Part shown: positions 32,205 to 42,234 of the stretch, one piece after another
How the letters are laid out: each line of letters opens with the position of its first letter
Position numbering within the stretch: position 1 is the stretch's first letter
Origin: Naegleria gruberi
Lineage: Eukaryota
Length of the DNA stretch: 64,000 nt
NCBI GenBank assembly: GCA_000004985.1
Contig: GG738845.1
Direction: 5' to 3' (one strand)
The notes under the pieces: model-generated
Database searches by the model: none
What the model was told of the DNA's origin: nothing
The model's input: only the letters and a program-made list of their open reading frames with translations
Program-made: the position numbers and the translations under genes

Positions 32205-34082
32205 ATGATGCAAAGGGTATCACGCTCAATTTCAGCTCGTTTGCCAACCTTGGTTTTGTACTCAAAAAAATCAAGTTTCGGAAAGAGTATTAGTAAATTA
32301 CCTATTATTCATGTGGAACCTTGTGTAAAACAATATCATTCTAATTTTGTTAACTTGTCAATTAATCCAGAAAAATTTAAAATATTAGAATCAATTTACG
32401 ACCAATTAGTTAATGTGGATATTGTACAACTTTTTGAGAGAGTAGAAAAACACAAGCAACAATTGCAATTAATGTCACTGGACAGAGTTAAAAATTCCGT
32501 CACAACCGACAGATCCTCTTCAAATTCTCCAAAACCTAAATTAACTATTGAACCTCTTCAAGAAGATGTCAAGCTAAGAATATTAAAGAGTTTGGAAATT
32601 CTTGCTTCATTACCGATTCCTCAAGAAGAAACTTTGGATGAACAAGGCAAACGTATAAAATACATTAAGAGCCAAGCTTTAAAGGCCTTAGGTGCAATAT
32701 ACTCAGAGTTCTATCCATGGATGAAAATCGATAGAGATCCACATTTGGGTTTTTATTATATGCTCTCTTCTGCAAAACTTGACGATCCTGAGGCTTGTTA
32801 TCATGTAGGAATTACATTCATGAATGCACTTAACTACTTAGCTGAACAAGAGTTAGAACCAGAAAAGTACAATTATATCAAGTCTTCGAGTTTTATGTAT
32901 GGATCTGAGTATGATAAGGAAACAAGTACTTTTGTTTATATAGATGAAAAGTCCAGAAAGAAAAAGAACTTAATAGCTCAAGGAAAAGAAGAATTGTTAA
33001 AACAAAAAAAAACATCTGAAGAATACCTAAAGTATCCAGGAATTACAAAGGATGTTGTTTATATCAAGCTAAAGGAGAATGAAAAATTCTCTGTGGAATA
33101 TTTAAAAAAGGCTGCTGACTTAGGTGATGTAGATGCACAACTGATTATGTCTAAAATTTATTTGGAAGGAAAGGCTGGAGTTTCCTCAAATCTCAAATTT
33201 TCAATTCATTATGCGGAATTAGCAGCTAATCAACATAGTGGCCAAGCCCTTTTTAACTTAGGTAGTGTTTATCTGGTGGGAATGAGATCTCAAGTACCAA
33301 AACCTGGCTTTGAAGATTTTACTGACTATCAAATTCATACCACTCCAAATTCAACAGAGTTATTCGAAATTAAGAAAGATGTAGCAAAGGCAATCGAATA
33401 TTATGAACGTGCAACCCTTTGTAACTCCTCGGAAGCTGCATATTTCTTAGGGCATGCATACCATCACGGATTATATAATTTACCACAAAACACAGAGAAA
33501 GCCATCCTATATCTAAATCAAGCAATTAACTCAGCTCACAATGAAGCAGCTCACTACCTTTATTTAATGTATTTGACCGGGGAAAATTGCCAACAAGATT
33601 TACAAAAGGCTGAATACTATTTCAAAATAGCTATCCAATTACAGAGTCCAAATGCCCTTTTCGTTTTGGGTGATCGTTACTTCCATGGTAAAAATGGCTA
33701 TCCAGTTGACTATTCCAAGGCTTACGAGTTCTATACTATTGCTGGTGAAAGAAAGAATAAGAATGCATTGTATTGTTTGGGAGTTATGCATTATCATGGC
33801 ATCCATGTTGAGAAGAGCCACAGACTAGCTTACGAAAGGTATACACAGGCTGCTTCTGCTGGATCAAAAGAGGCTTACCTTGCCCTTTCTGATATGGTAC
33901 TTAAAGGAGAAGGTGGCGTACCTCGTGATGAACACTATGCAAAACAACTCAGAATAGCTCACGAACGTCTTGTGGCCATTGAAGAAGGAAGAGCAATTAA
34001 TCAATGTAAAGATACTGACCCAGCCATGGTTGCATCTGCAGGTTGTGGTAAATCAACTTGTCAATGTGCCCCACCACAGTAA
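32205..34082 (+). CDS. Sel1-like repeat (SLR) protein with a probable mitochondrial presequence
   Basis: There are repeated ~36-aa SLR units such as AAYFLGHAYHHG..., ALFVLGDRYFHGKNGYPVDYSKAYEFYTIAG and ALYCLGVMHYHGIHVEKS. The N-terminus MMQRVSRSISARLPTLVLYSKK is Arg/Ser-rich and amphipathic. The protein ends in a Cys cluster, CGKSTCQCAPPQ. Confidence 0.65.
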   Translation: MMQRVSRSISARLPTLVLYSKKSSFGKSISKLPIIHVEPCVKQYHSNFVNLSINPEKFKILESIYDQLVNVDIVQLFERVEKHKQQLQLMSLDRVKNSVTTDRSSSNSPKPKLTIEPLQEDVKLRILKSLEILASLPIPQEETLDEQGKRIKYIKSQALKALGAIYSEFYPWMKIDRDPHLGFYYMLSSAKLDDPEACYHVGITFMNALNYLAEQELEPEKYNYIKSSSFMYGSEYDKETSTFVYIDEKSRKKKNLIAQGKEELLKQKKTSEEYLKYPGITKDVVYIKLKENEKFSVEYLKKAADLGDVDAQLIMSKIYLEGKAGVSSNLKFSIHYAELAANQHSGQALFNLGSVYLVGMRSQVPKPGFEDFTDYQIHTTPNSTELFEIKKDVAKAIEYYERATLCNSSEAAYFLGHAYHHGLYNLPQNTEKAILYLNQAINSAHNEAAHYLYLMYLTGENCQQDLQKAEYYFKIAIQLQSPNALFVLGDRYFHGKNGYPVDYSKAYEFYTIAGERKNKNALYCLGVMHYHGIHVEKSHRLAYERYTQAASAGSKEAYLALSDMVLKGEGGVPRDEHYAKQLRIAHERLVAIEEGRAINQCKDTDPAMVASAGCGKSTCQCAPPQ

Positions 34083-34119
34083 ATAGCTAAATCAAGCAAT
34101 CAAATAAAATTTATATCTN

Positions 34120-34179
34120 NNNNNNNNNNNNNNNNNNNNNNNNNNNNNNNNNNNNNNNNNNNNNNNNNNNNNNNNNNNN
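34120..34179. other. Assembly gap (60 N)
   Basis: Run of N characters. Confidence 1.
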
Positions 34180-34187
34180 ACTCTTCT

Positions 34188-36620
34188 CTATATAAGGCTG
34201 GATTCCTCATTGGAAAGTTCATCAGAAAGAGTTTTTTCCATTGGACTAGTATTAACCTTTCTTTTGAAGGAAACAGAACAACCCCCATATAAATCCTTTA
34301 ACATCTTTTTGTTTAAAAGCATATATTGCTCAATTATCATCATTAGTAGAATGGTGAAATCCATAATCATCGATCTATTAATTCCAATAAAAACCCCAAA
34401 CAAATCCCAGCCAAATAAATAGGTTAACATAAATAAAGCACCAACCAGTATTAACAATAAGAAACAAATATCAGCAAATATCATAAATCTAGTAAACTGA
34501 GCAGCAAGGTTATTTAAGTAATGGAATATAATAAAAATTACCTTCAATCTGGCAAAAGAAACATTCTCTTTCATTGACTTTAGTTTGTAATACATTCTAA
34601 TCCCACTAAATAAAAATCCAATTGGGAAAATCCACAAATACATCATTCCAAATGCAATAAATACCATGAATATTATTGATAGTTTGGTAATAAAAAATGA
34701 CATGCAAATTACTGAAATAAGAAGAGCCAGTAAGGAAAGGTAAAATCCAGAAAGAATCAATTTGTTTCCAAGTGTAAGAGATTCTTGAGGACGTTCTTCT
34801 TTCTTAATTAGAGAAGATTTTTCAACTTGTTCAGACTTTTCCTCATCTTCAGGACAATCATTATTTTCTTGTTGGTCAGTTCTACTAGACCCTAATAAAG
34901 CTTTTCCAGTTGCTGCAATGCTTGCACTGATTCCAGAAATAAAATTATCATTTGTTGAGGTCATATGTTGCCAACTGACAAGCATACTTGCAAAGCTGCA
35001 ACATAAAAGTACCAAAGAAACCATTCTCATCATTCCATTACCCAATAGTAACATAAATCCGTTCTTTGATGTATTATCCTCTTGGTTATAAACATTTGAA
35101 AAAACATATAAATTAAAAAGATAGGCAAACACTTCCTGAGCGCTCATCCACAATATAGAAATAAATAAAATGGTATTACTTTGCATCCTTAAATCAAATA
35201 GAGATGTAACATAGGAATATTTACGATTATAATACTTAGTCCTGGCTTCTTTACATATTGCACAACATAAAGGTAATTGTAATAAGAAGATTGATGTAAA
35301 TAGCAGTAAAATAGTACATAAAAATATAAATATAGGTCCAAACTCGAATACAAACGGTATTATGAAATGTGAATAAACGTCACACTTATACCCAAATGTA
35401 AAATTTTTCATTCCTGGCACCAAGCTCAAACTATTACCCTCACAAAAGCAGTTATAAGGAAAATAAGATTGCTGGATAAACTTCATAAAATCATAAAATG
35501 ATAAAACATTTCTGAAGGCAGAAATATCCATTAAATCTGACGCCAAATAAAAAGTTCCTATTTTCATATTATCATTAACAGAATCTTCTATGCACTGTTG
35601 TTGAGCTTTTTGTACCACAATAGAGTTAAAAAGTGGGCAAGCATCTCTGTAGCCATCCCCATCACTGATGGTATTGTTAACTAAGAAAAATCTAAAATCC
35701 TTGCTATTATTGTTATTACAATAATAACAGTAATTATAAAACCATGAAAATTCATCCAATTGACTCCATGTTGTCAAATTCAATTTTCTATTTTCTACTT
35801 CATGATATTTTCCTGTTGATGTACAAAAAAATTGAATACATAGGTTTGATTCTTCATCAAATGTGTCATGTTCAACACTAAAAGGTAGATCAGAGACAGT
35901 AAGATAGTTTCTTGGAGGAGCATCAGAAGAGCACACATCTATCATTGGAGAATCAGGAGGATATAAGCTTACTGAATAATCCCCAACGCTGGCAAGTAAG
36001 CTATAGGAATAATTTGGAATGTAAAGTTTTGAATAAGAAGTACCATTTAGATCTGTCCTAACCCAAGGATTTTTAACAGTGTAGAGAGCAGGAAATTTTT
36101 TTGTAATAATATCAATCTCTGGAGAATATTGAACTGTGGGTGAAGCTGCGAAAAGGATGAGAATGATCATGGAGAAAGTGAGAATAAATACCAAATGTTC
36201 AATAAGAGGTCTAGATGTAAAGTAGGACAATAAAGAAGGATGAGAGGTTAATAGTAAAGACTTTTCGTTTGGTAAAATTGATGTCCTCCGCAACTTTTTT
36301 CTGTTAAGAAGTATTTGTGGTGGTGGTGGTGGGGAGGGATGTTGTTCTCTAAAGTGTTCTATAAAAACCTCTTTAAAAGATTTGGCTAATTGTTCAATAA
36401 TTATTTTTCTATTGTGATGACCCAGGACAATATTTGATGGTGTATCCAAATTGTTGGAAATACCATCTCCGAATGGTAGTATTGTAGATGATCGTGGAGG
36501 AGTTATGTGTTGTGAAGTACAATGAATTGGTATTGCCATTTTTTTAATATATATAACGGTTATTCTTAAAATCATAAGTAATATTAAAATAATAATACGC
36601 AATGTAGGACTCTGAATCAA
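34188..36620 (-). CDS. Large membrane protein (about 800 aa) with a Cys-rich, N-glycosylation-site-rich luminal or extracellular domain followed by multiple TM helices, family unassigned
   Basis: There is a signal-anchor segment, then about 330 aa with many Cys and NxS/T sites, then at least 7 hydrophobic helices. The stop codon lies immediately next to the N-run. Confidence 0.5.
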   Translation of the reverse strand: MIQSPTLRIIILILLMILRITVIYIKKMAIPIHCTSQHITPPRSSTILPFGDGISNNLDTPSNIVLGHHNRKIIIEQLAKSFKEVFIEHFREQHPSPPPPPQILLNRKKLRRTSILPNEKSLLLTSHPSLLSYFTSRPLIEHLVFILTFSMIILILFAASPTVQYSPEIDIITKKFPALYTVKNPWVRTDLNGTSYSKLYIPNYSYSLLASVGDYSVSLYPPDSPMIDVCSSDAPPRNYLTVSDLPFSVEHDTFDEESNLCIQFFCTSTGKYHEVENRKLNLTTWSQLDEFSWFYNYCYYCNNNNSKDFRFFLVNNTISDGDGYRDACPLFNSIVVQKAQQQCIEDSVNDNMKIGTFYLASDLMDISAFRNVLSFYDFMKFIQQSYFPYNCFCEGNSLSLVPGMKNFTFGYKCDVYSHFIIPFVFEFGPIFIFLCTILLLFTSIFLLQLPLCCAICKEARTKYYNRKYSYVTSLFDLRMQSNTILFISILWMSAQEVFAYLFNLYVFSNVYNQEDNTSKNGFMLLLGNGMMRMVSLVLLCCSFASMLVSWQHMTSTNDNFISGISASIAATGKALLGSSRTDQQENNDCPEDEEKSEQVEKSSLIKKEERPQESLTLGNKLILSGFYLSLLALLISVICMSFFITKLSIIFMVFIAFGMMYLWIFPIGFLFSGIRMYYKLKSMKENVSFARLKVIFIIFHYLNNLAAQFTRFMIFADICFLLLILVGALFMLTYLFGWDLFGVFIGINRSMIMDFTILLMMIIEQYMLLNKKMLKDLYGGCSVSFKRKVNTSPMEKTLSDELSNEESSLI

Positions 36621-36705
36621 AACTATATAAATATAATATAATGAATTCCTTGTAAAGAGTTTGTAATATTTAATTAATCATCAAAATAAATATTGCAATA
36701 AAAAA

Positions 36706-39700
36706 ATGATCTCAACACAAAAAGCTATTCATCACATTGTGTTGCTGAGAAAGAAGCCTTTGCTTTTGCATTGGAACATTCTCATTTTCATGATTTTATA
36801 TCCTTTAGCTTCTTTGGGAATTAATGTCTACTTACTTCCTGCCATGTTGCACTCTCATTCCGATCATTCTCACCATCATCATCATCACGAATCACATTCA
36901 GATAATTTATTTTTTTATCATCTTGTTTGTTTGGGTCCTTTGGCTTTGATACATTTAGTTACATTCCTCTCAGCCTATTGGAATGTTAATATCAAGGCTT
37001 TTTTTCAATACTCACCTGTTGGTTCTGATTCCATCAGTGAAGGAATTGTTGTTAAAGTTGTTCCGAACAAACACAAAGGGTTCACAGAATTATGCCCTCT
37101 AAAATTAATAAGAGAGGAAAATGGGCAACAGCGATATTATTTCGAATATCAAAAGCGAGGCTTTTATTGGGATGAAAATTTAAAACAATTCGTTAGAAAC
37201 CGTTTTCCATATCAAAATTTGGAGCAAAAATCCCAAACACTCAAGGAATGGATCACAAAGACTGAGAAACAAGGTTTAACTGATAAGGAAACACACGTTA
37301 AGAGAAGAATTTATGGTCATAATCAATTTGAAATTCCAATACCAAAGTTCCTTGAGTTATTTATCGAACATGCATTAGCTCCATTCTTTGTATTTCAAGT
37401 ATTCTGTGTATTGTTGTGGTGTTTAGATGAGTATTGGTACTATTCCCTTTTTACACTTGTTATGTTGTTCATGTTTGAGAGTACTGTTGTAAATTCGAGA
37501 TTGAGAAGTCTTAACCAAATAAGACAAATGGCCACAAAGCCTCAATTCTTAAATGTCTATAGAGATGGCAAGTGGATAGAAATTTCAAGTATTGATCTCT
37601 TACCTAACGATATAATTTCTGTTACTCATCATGCTGAAGAAGGCCAAGTAACACCATGCGATATTTTATTAATTAGTGGCAAATGTGTAACGAATGAAGC
37701 CCTCCTTACTGGTGAATCTACTCCACAAATGAAAGAATGTATTCCTGTGGAAGAGTTGAAGGATAGAAAGAAGCTTGATATCAAAAATATTGATAAGAGT
37801 CATGTTATATTTGGAGGTACAGTTGTTTTACAACACACAACAGGAACAGCATGTGGAAAACAAGCTCCAGACAAAGGTGCTGTTGGTATTGTGTTGAGAA
37901 CAGGCTTTGAGACGTCTCAAGGAAAGCTCATTAGAACCATTTTATATGCTTCTGAACGTGTGAGCGCTAATAACGTAGAAGCACTATTGTTCATCTTGTT
38001 CCTTTTAATTTTTGCAATTATTGCTAGTGCATATGTGCTATATGAGGGATTAAAGAATCCTGAAAAGAGCAGATACAAATTGGCACTCAATTGCATTTTA
38101 ATTATTACTTCTGTAGTTCCTCCTGAATTACCAATGGAACTTTCTCTTGCAGTCAATAACTCTTTATTGTCACTCTCCATGTTAGGAATTTTCTGTACTG
38201 AACCTTTCAGAATCCCATACGCTGGTAAAGTTAACGTTTGTTGCTTTGACAAGACTGGTACCCTAGTCAGTGATAAGATGACACTCAAGGGAATTGCAAT
38301 GTCAGAAAATGATTCTGATGAATTATTGGAGAAACCAAGTGAAAAGAGTAGAATGGTATTGGCTGGTTGTCAATCCCTCATCGATCTGAATGGAAAAATA
38401 TTGGGTGATCCTATGGAAGTTTCTGGTCTTTCTGGTGTTGAATATGAAATCAATAAGGATATTATTCAAAGTACTTCATCAAAGACCATCAAATCCATCA
38501 AAATACTGAAGAGATTTCCTTTCAACTCAGTCCTCAAAAGAATGTCTACTATTGTTCATGTTGTAGAGAAGAATGACTCTAAGGTTACTCGTGTTCTCGT
38601 AAAGGGAGCTCCAGAGTTAGTAAAGCCATTCCTTACTGGAAGTGAAGTTCCAGGCGCTCTTCAATCCTATGACACTAGATTCCAACATTTAACCCAAATC
38701 GGTATGAGAGTAATCACACTTGCCTATAAGGATTTGAACACCACCGATCTTAATGTAGTAGAAAAATTAACTAGAGAAGAAGTAGAAAAAGATTTGATTT
38801 TTGCTGGCTTTGCTTCATTCCAAAGTGATATTAAGCCAAATACCAAAGAAACTATTCAAAATCTTAAAAATAGCTCACACAAGGTTATTATGATCACTGG
38901 CGATAATCCTTTGACCGCCTCACATGTTGCAAAAGAATTAGAAATGACAAACAAGCCAATTCTGTCCCTCAAACAAGACAATGAAAAATATTATTGGTTC
39001 GGAAATACTAGCAGTGGATGTGACTCGGACACGCACAAAGATTTTGATATTAGTACTATTCCAACACTTTCAAAATCATTTGATTTTTGTGTAAGTGGTG
39101 AACAAATGGCTAACCTTTCAGCACTTTCGAATGGAAAAACTATTTTGGATGTCCTTTCTTCCCATGTTGCAATTTTCGCTCGTGTTAGCCCCGAACAAAA
39201 AGAATCCATCTTGACATCACTCAAATCACAAAATTATCAAACTCTCATGTGTGGTGATGGTACTAATGATGTTGGTGCCTTGAAACAAGCTCATGTTGGT
39301 GTGGCACTTCTCGAAAATAAGCCCCAACCAAAGAAGGAAAACGAAACCCAACAACCAAATACACCCCTCCATAAGAAGAGCGATATTATCAAGGAACTTT
39401 CTAAAGTTAATCCATCAGTTAGTCCTCAAGCTCAACAAAAGAAATCCTTCACAGAGTTGTTGAAAGAAATGAAAGAAAAACAAGAACAGTTGGCAGCTCA
39501 AGAAGAGGCTAATCTTGTTAAGTTGGGAGATGCTTCAATTGCTAGCCCTTTCACTTCTCGTAAATCCACAATAGAATCATGTGCTCATATTATCATGCAA
39601 GGACGTTGTACATTAGTTACCACAATGCAAATGTACAAAATATTAGCTTTAAATTGTCTCATTTCTGCCTATTCTTTGAGCGCTCTCTACTTGGATGGTG

Positions 39701-40305
39701 TAAAGTTTGGTGATTCACAAATGATGATAACTGGCTTTGGAGTTGCCTTGTGCTTCCTTTTCATTTCAAGATCCAAACCTTTAGATACTTTATCCAAAGA
39801 AAGACCACATATTACTATTTTTTCTCCTTACATGTTAGCAACTGTGATGGGACAATTTATTGTTCACTTGACAACACTAGCTCTCAGTGTTCAGGCTGCC
39901 AAACTTGCTGCTCCTGAAGTGTTATTCGAACCAAAAGAAGCAGATTTTAAACCTAATCTTCTTAATACTATTGTTTTCATTGTTACTTCCCTTCAAACAA
40001 TTGTCACATTTGCTACAAATTATAAGGGAAGGCCATTCATGCAAGGCTTGACAGAAAACAAACCTCTCTTCTTCATTTTGGCAGGTATAGGAGCATTATG
40101 CATGTTATGTGCAAGTGGTTTAGTACCAGAATTGAATGCAACCATGGAATTAGTAGACATTCCTGAGGGAATTTCAGTTTTCCACACTTTTTCATTTAGA
40201 AGTTTCCTTTTGGTTCTTCTCTTTGCTAATATTGGAGCTGTTTTATTGGTAGAAAAGATGTGTGCTACTTTCTTCCCTGCAAGTGATTCAATTGATAATC
40301 TTTAG
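36706..40305 (+). CDS. SPF1: P5A-type P-type ATPase (Spf1/ATP13A1 family)
   Basis: 1199-aa ORF with an ATG start. Contains CFDKTGTLVSDKMTLKG, VVPPELPMELSLAVNNSL (the P5A-type PPELP motif), GDGTNDVGALKQAHVGVAL and a His-rich N-terminus HSHSDHSHHHHHHESHSD. Confidence 0.9.
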   Translation: MISTQKAIHHIVLLRKKPLLLHWNILIFMILYPLASLGINVYLLPAMLHSHSDHSHHHHHHESHSDNLFFYHLVCLGPLALIHLVTFLSAYWNVNIKAFFQYSPVGSDSISEGIVVKVVPNKHKGFTELCPLKLIREENGQQRYYFEYQKRGFYWDENLKQFVRNRFPYQNLEQKSQTLKEWITKTEKQGLTDKETHVKRRIYGHNQFEIPIPKFLELFIEHALAPFFVFQVFCVLLWCLDEYWYYSLFTLVMLFMFESTVVNSRLRSLNQIRQMATKPQFLNVYRDGKWIEISSIDLLPNDIISVTHHAEEGQVTPCDILLISGKCVTNEALLTGESTPQMKECIPVEELKDRKKLDIKNIDKSHVIFGGTVVLQHTTGTACGKQAPDKGAVGIVLRTGFETSQGKLIRTILYASERVSANNVEALLFILFLLIFAIIASAYVLYEGLKNPEKSRYKLALNCILIITSVVPPELPMELSLAVNNSLLSLSMLGIFCTEPFRIPYAGKVNVCCFDKTGTLVSDKMTLKGIAMSENDSDELLEKPSEKSRMVLAGCQSLIDLNGKILGDPMEVSGLSGVEYEINKDIIQSTSSKTIKSIKILKRFPFNSVLKRMSTIVHVVEKNDSKVTRVLVKGAPELVKPFLTGSEVPGALQSYDTRFQHLTQIGMRVITLAYKDLNTTDLNVVEKLTREEVEKDLIFAGFASFQSDIKPNTKETIQNLKNSSHKVIMITGDNPLTASHVAKELEMTNKPILSLKQDNEKYYWFGNTSSGCDSDTHKDFDISTIPTLSKSFDFCVSGEQMANLSALSNGKTILDVLSSHVAIFARVSPEQKESILTSLKSQNYQTLMCGDGTNDVGALKQAHVGVALLENKPQPKKENETQQPNTPLHKKSDIIKELSKVNPSVSPQAQQKKSFTELLKEMKEKQEQLAAQEEANLVKLGDASIASPFTSRKSTIESCAHIIMQGRCTLVTTMQMYKILALNCLISAYSLSALYLDGVKFGDSQMMITGFGVALCFLFISRSKPLDTLSKERPHITIFSPYMLATVMGQFIVHLTTLALSVQAAKLAAPEVLFEPKEADFKPNLLNTIVFIVTSLQTIVTFATNYKGRPFMQGLTENKPLFFILAGIGALCMLCASGLVPELNATMELVDIPEGISVFHTFSFRSFLLVLLFANIGAVLLVEKMCATFFPASDSIDNL

Positions 40306-40307
40306 TT

Positions 40308-42212
40308 CTACAACAATACCTCTCCAATAAATTTACATGATTTAAGAATATCTTGTTTTCCTGATTTTGAAACACGACAATCTGTCAAATCTAAAAATCT
40401 CAAACTCCACGATCTTTTTAAATAATCAATAATCTCATCTCCTATCAGTGTGTGTGAAATAATGAGAAGTTGTAATCTTCTGAAACCCCTTTTTGAATCC
40501 ACAATTCTATTGAATATTGCCTCACAAGCAGTGTTTGCAGCGATGTTTGTATGGCTCATATCCAATGAATGCATTCTTGGAGGTAAGGAGATTGGACTTT
40601 TAAAACAACCATTACTTATCTCATTATTGCGAGCAAGATTTAAAACCTTCAATGTTGATATCTGAAATATGGCATGACAACCAATATCGGTAATGTTATT
40701 CATTGACAAATCCAATTCTTCAATACCCCTATTTTCCTTTTGTGACTGAAAGTGCTCTGATATTTTTTGAGCACTACTAGAGGTCAACCCAGTATCAATC
40801 AGTTTTAGTATCCTTAGTGGTATTTTGCAATTTTCCAAAATAGTTTCAATATGTTGATTTGATATTGTAAAACTATTAATTTCCAAATATCTTAGATTGC
40901 ACGATTCTCTCATACAAACATTATGGTTAATCTTTAATTTGGTAATAAATTTTGAAGGTATTAAATCCTTTTCATTCTGCAAGCTTTTTCGAACATCCAA
41001 ACATTTAATATTTGGAAGCTTTCTTAAAATTGTATTCATTGATTCTGTGAATAGAGAAAGAGAATAATTTCCAGCAATTTTTAATACTTTGCAATTATTG
41101 ATATTATCCAACAATGTTAAAAATCCAGTAAAATAATCAAGTGAACAAAATGATAGATCAAGGTACTCCAATGACTTGTTAGTACAAGTCTCATATTTTT
41201 CATGATCCAATTTGATACCAATATTGTATTTCAATGAAAGTTTCTGTAAATTTTTCATAGTGGTTAATATTTCAACCAAACTGTCGTCTGTTAAATCACA
41301 CCCATCCAATGATAACTCTTTTAATGATACTTTTGATGAGCATAAGCTATGTACAATTGATTTAAATAATATTCGAGTTTCTTTAGAATATTCATCCTCC
41401 AGCTGATTATTTTCAATCGAACCAAAAAGATAATTTAGTTTCAGTACTTGTAATTTGGGTGAATTGTAAAATAATTTATCGAACCATCCAACACAATTCT
41501 GAATATAATCCAGAGAATTTCTGTAAAACTTCCGTTGACATGGAAATGTCATCCCAGAGAGATCTAAATATTTTAAATTATCCAACTTGTTTTCAATTAA
41601 AGCGTTGAAATTATGCAATAAAGAACTTTCATCGGATTTAATATTTAAATATCTAATAATTGAAATAAAACTTTGTTCTCTATTAATTATATTCATTCTA
41701 CTTTTTAAAAATTCATTATTCCATAATTTTAAAACTCTATACGAATAGGGAGAAAAATCCAATTTCTCAATTGTTAAATTATTTTTTCCATGTTTTAAAT
41801 ATTGACTCATAAAATTGATGGGACTAGACAACTTGGAATTCAGAGTTAATCCCCTACAGTGTGATGGTATAAAGTTGGAAAGTACAGATATTGTAAGATT
41901 AAAATCTTGATTCTTTCCATAGGGCCATTCATATAAATTACAATATTTAATATTTGGCCAAACCAGAAATATTCTACTTCTTCCTCCTCCTTCCTTGTAT
42001 CCAAATAGTAATTTAATAAAATAGGATTTCAAATAATATAATGGTGTTGATTCATCATAGAGAGAATATAAATTTTCCAGTAATGATTGTTGTTGATTTT
42101 GAATTTTACAATCCTCCAAATATTCAATAACATAAATTGAAATATTCAATTCTAAATATTCCATAATACAATAAACAATTTCGATTGGTAAATCAACATG
42201 GGCACGAAGCAT
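40308..42212 (-). CDS. Leucine-rich-repeat protein (ribonuclease-inhibitor type) with an F-box-like N-terminus
   Basis: The N-terminus LPIEIVYCIMEYL is F-box-like, followed by repeated L..L.L..N.I units (LDLSMNNITDIGCHAIFQISTLKVLNLARNNEI...). Confidence 0.55.
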   Translation of the reverse strand: MLRAHVDLPIEIVYCIMEYLELNISIYVIEYLEDCKIQNQQQSLLENLYSLYDESTPLYYLKSYFIKLLFGYKEGGGRSRIFLVWPNIKYCNLYEWPYGKNQDFNLTISVLSNFIPSHCRGLTLNSKLSSPINFMSQYLKHGKNNLTIEKLDFSPYSYRVLKLWNNEFLKSRMNIINREQSFISIIRYLNIKSDESSLLHNFNALIENKLDNLKYLDLSGMTFPCQRKFYRNSLDYIQNCVGWFDKLFYNSPKLQVLKLNYLFGSIENNQLEDEYSKETRILFKSIVHSLCSSKVSLKELSLDGCDLTDDSLVEILTTMKNLQKLSLKYNIGIKLDHEKYETCTNKSLEYLDLSFCSLDYFTGFLTLLDNINNCKVLKIAGNYSLSLFTESMNTILRKLPNIKCLDVRKSLQNEKDLIPSKFITKLKINHNVCMRESCNLRYLEINSFTISNQHIETILENCKIPLRILKLIDTGLTSSSAQKISEHFQSQKENRGIEELDLSMNNITDIGCHAIFQISTLKVLNLARNNEISNGCFKSPISLPPRMHSLDMSHTNIAANTACEAIFNRIVDSKRGFRRLQLLIISHTLIGDEIIDYLKRSWSLRFLDLTDCRVSKSGKQDILKSCKFIGEVLL

Positions 42213-42234
42213 TTTTTTTCTAATAACTTTTTAA

